A stretch of 64,000 nt of DNA from Ascidiella aspersa. Its lineage: Eukaryota. A model generated the notes under the pieces. It did not search any database and was not told the DNA's origin. It saw only the letters and a list, made by a program, of their open reading frames with translations. Positions within the stretch are counted from its first letter, which is position 1. Every line of letters begins with the position of its first letter. Made by a program: the position numbers and the translations under genes. Below, piece after piece: positions 62,483 through 64,000 of the stretch. The stretch is from assembly GCA_963924565.1 (NCBI GenBank), contig OZ004607.1, forward strand, positions 30,628,001 to 30,692,000, given 5' to 3'.

Positions 62483-63156
62483 CAGTGTGGTCCAACTGCA
62501 GGCCCGCGGGCCAACTTTAGATTTTACGCTTTTTTTGGCCCGCGAACTGATAGTCAGCTTTGCTACAATCTAGCAATATCACTTCAATTTCTATTTTTTG
62601 TTATTGTAATTGGCAAAAAAATCGTAAATGATCCTTTGTGATTTCATAACTACCGTAGCTGAACAAAGGTGTACATTTCACAAAGTTAGTATATATGCCA
62701 TAGGCCAGCGGTTCTTAACCTGGTGGGCGCGGCTCCTAGGGGGGTTAATGGATTGCTGAAAATAATATTTAATTTTTTTTGCATTGATTCTAATGGTTTC
62801 GTTTAGGTTTTACACCACTCCTACAGCGCTGTAGGCTACAAAGTCTGTTTTTGCCAACTTTAACATTGAAACAGCAAAATTTTTTTCGGGCTTCGCGCGA
62901 CCAACAACAAACTTTACTATTTTCAAGTTGTCTTAGTGATATTTAATTGAAAATGCCAAATTGCTTTTCGTAGGGGGGCGAAAGGCATTGGAAAATTACC
63001 AACGCGGGACGCGGCACAAAAAATGTTAAGAACCACTGCAATATGCTATGTATAATTGCCAGCAATAAGCCCAAGAATCGCTATTTAAAAACATTGGCCC
63101 GCAAGATAAAACAAATTGTTTTTTGGCCCGCGATGAAAAGAAGTTGGACCACGCTG
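62483..63156. mobile_element. hAT-type MITE containing a nested MITE
   Basis: TIRs CAGTGTGGTCCAACT / AGTTGGACCACGCTG; perfect TSD ATCTAAAC; GGCCCGC subterminal repeats. Confidence 0.85.
62706..63038. mobile_element. Nested hAT-type MITE
   Basis: TIRs CAGCGGTTCTTAAC / GTTAAGAACCACTG; degenerate TSD CCATAGGC / CAATATGC. Confidence 0.75.
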
Positions 63157-64000
63157 ATCTAAACTCTGACATTTTACCTCATAAAAATAAAATTTCACCT
63201 CATTAAAACGAAAATTTATCATCATAATTCATCAAATCTAAAATATATCTATAGTTTAACACTTTAACGGTTCCGAATTTCGTAATAAATGCTCTTAAAC
63301 TAAAATTGTGCATATTGCATTAAAGTGATTGATATTACCAATTAGTGGCGGAAAGTAATTAACGTCAATCTTTTCAAAATCACGTTAGTTGGCTGTATTT
63401 TCTTTGCATCAAAATTTATGTGTACCTATATGCGTGCAAAATTCATAACTCAAAATGTCATAACTGACTGAAGTGTCATTATAGATAGATTCATAGGAAG
63501 AAGCTATCATTAAGACTTCTATATAGAGGATTTAACTTCTAAAATTGCCTTTTTTTTATTGCAATAGGAAGCAGCAAATATAAATAAAAAATTAAACAAA
63601 TTTAAAGACACCTGATATGATTTTCTTCACATACGTTGCCACTGTTGGTCAAACTGTAACAAATATTACGATAAAATAAGTTTGTAATAACAATTTTTCG
63701 ATTCAATTTGGTATTTTGAAAGCTGTAACGACGTTTATAATAAACAACGCAGTCATTTAATGAACTTTGTTATGCTTTGTTCAATGTGTTTGATAGTTTT
63801 GTGTAAGAACCTGACTAAATCAATGAAAGTCATTACATTAACTTATTTGCTGGTTATTGGCGGTCAAGCTTTGGCAAGTTATGATAGCCTAGGAGAAAAG
63901 TGGGAACAGTATGTTGGTAAGCCATTCTCAAATAACTTTTATATTGTAGGCTATGTTAAATATTATTTTTAATTTTTTTGTGATGTTTTTTGTCGGCCTA

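Overview
AT-rich animal genomic DNA with short GT-AG introns. It is probably an ascidian/tunicate (inference from gene content, compact introns and repeat families). In order: (1) the last two coding exons of a SPAG17/PF6 gene, joined by an AT-AC (U12-type) intron; (2) two convergent multi-exon MS4A/CD20-like tetraspan genes (3204-7768 +, ~19190-24005 -); (3) three paralogous two-exon genes for a giant receptor made of a signal peptide, ~21-22 LDL-receptor class A modules and an RXFP/GRL101-type 7TM domain, with no leucine-rich repeats (copy A 11804-17291 +, nonsense codon; copy B 25485-31157 -, intact ~1470 aa; copy C 43701-48451 +, 1-bp frameshift); (4) a 12-exon SLC22 transporter (-) with a tRNA-like element in one intron; (5) an intronless SLC43 transporter (-); (6) many hAT-type MITEs with 8-bp target-site duplications. 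The main candidate for an undescribed system is the LRR-less LDLa-GPCR cluster. It shows atypical alternating 8-Cys/6-Cys modules, clustered amino-acid differences between copies, mosaic gene-conversion-like tracts, and a composite duplication that placed copy A between the MS4A genes. All exon models and similarity statements come from manual reading; no database searches were run.
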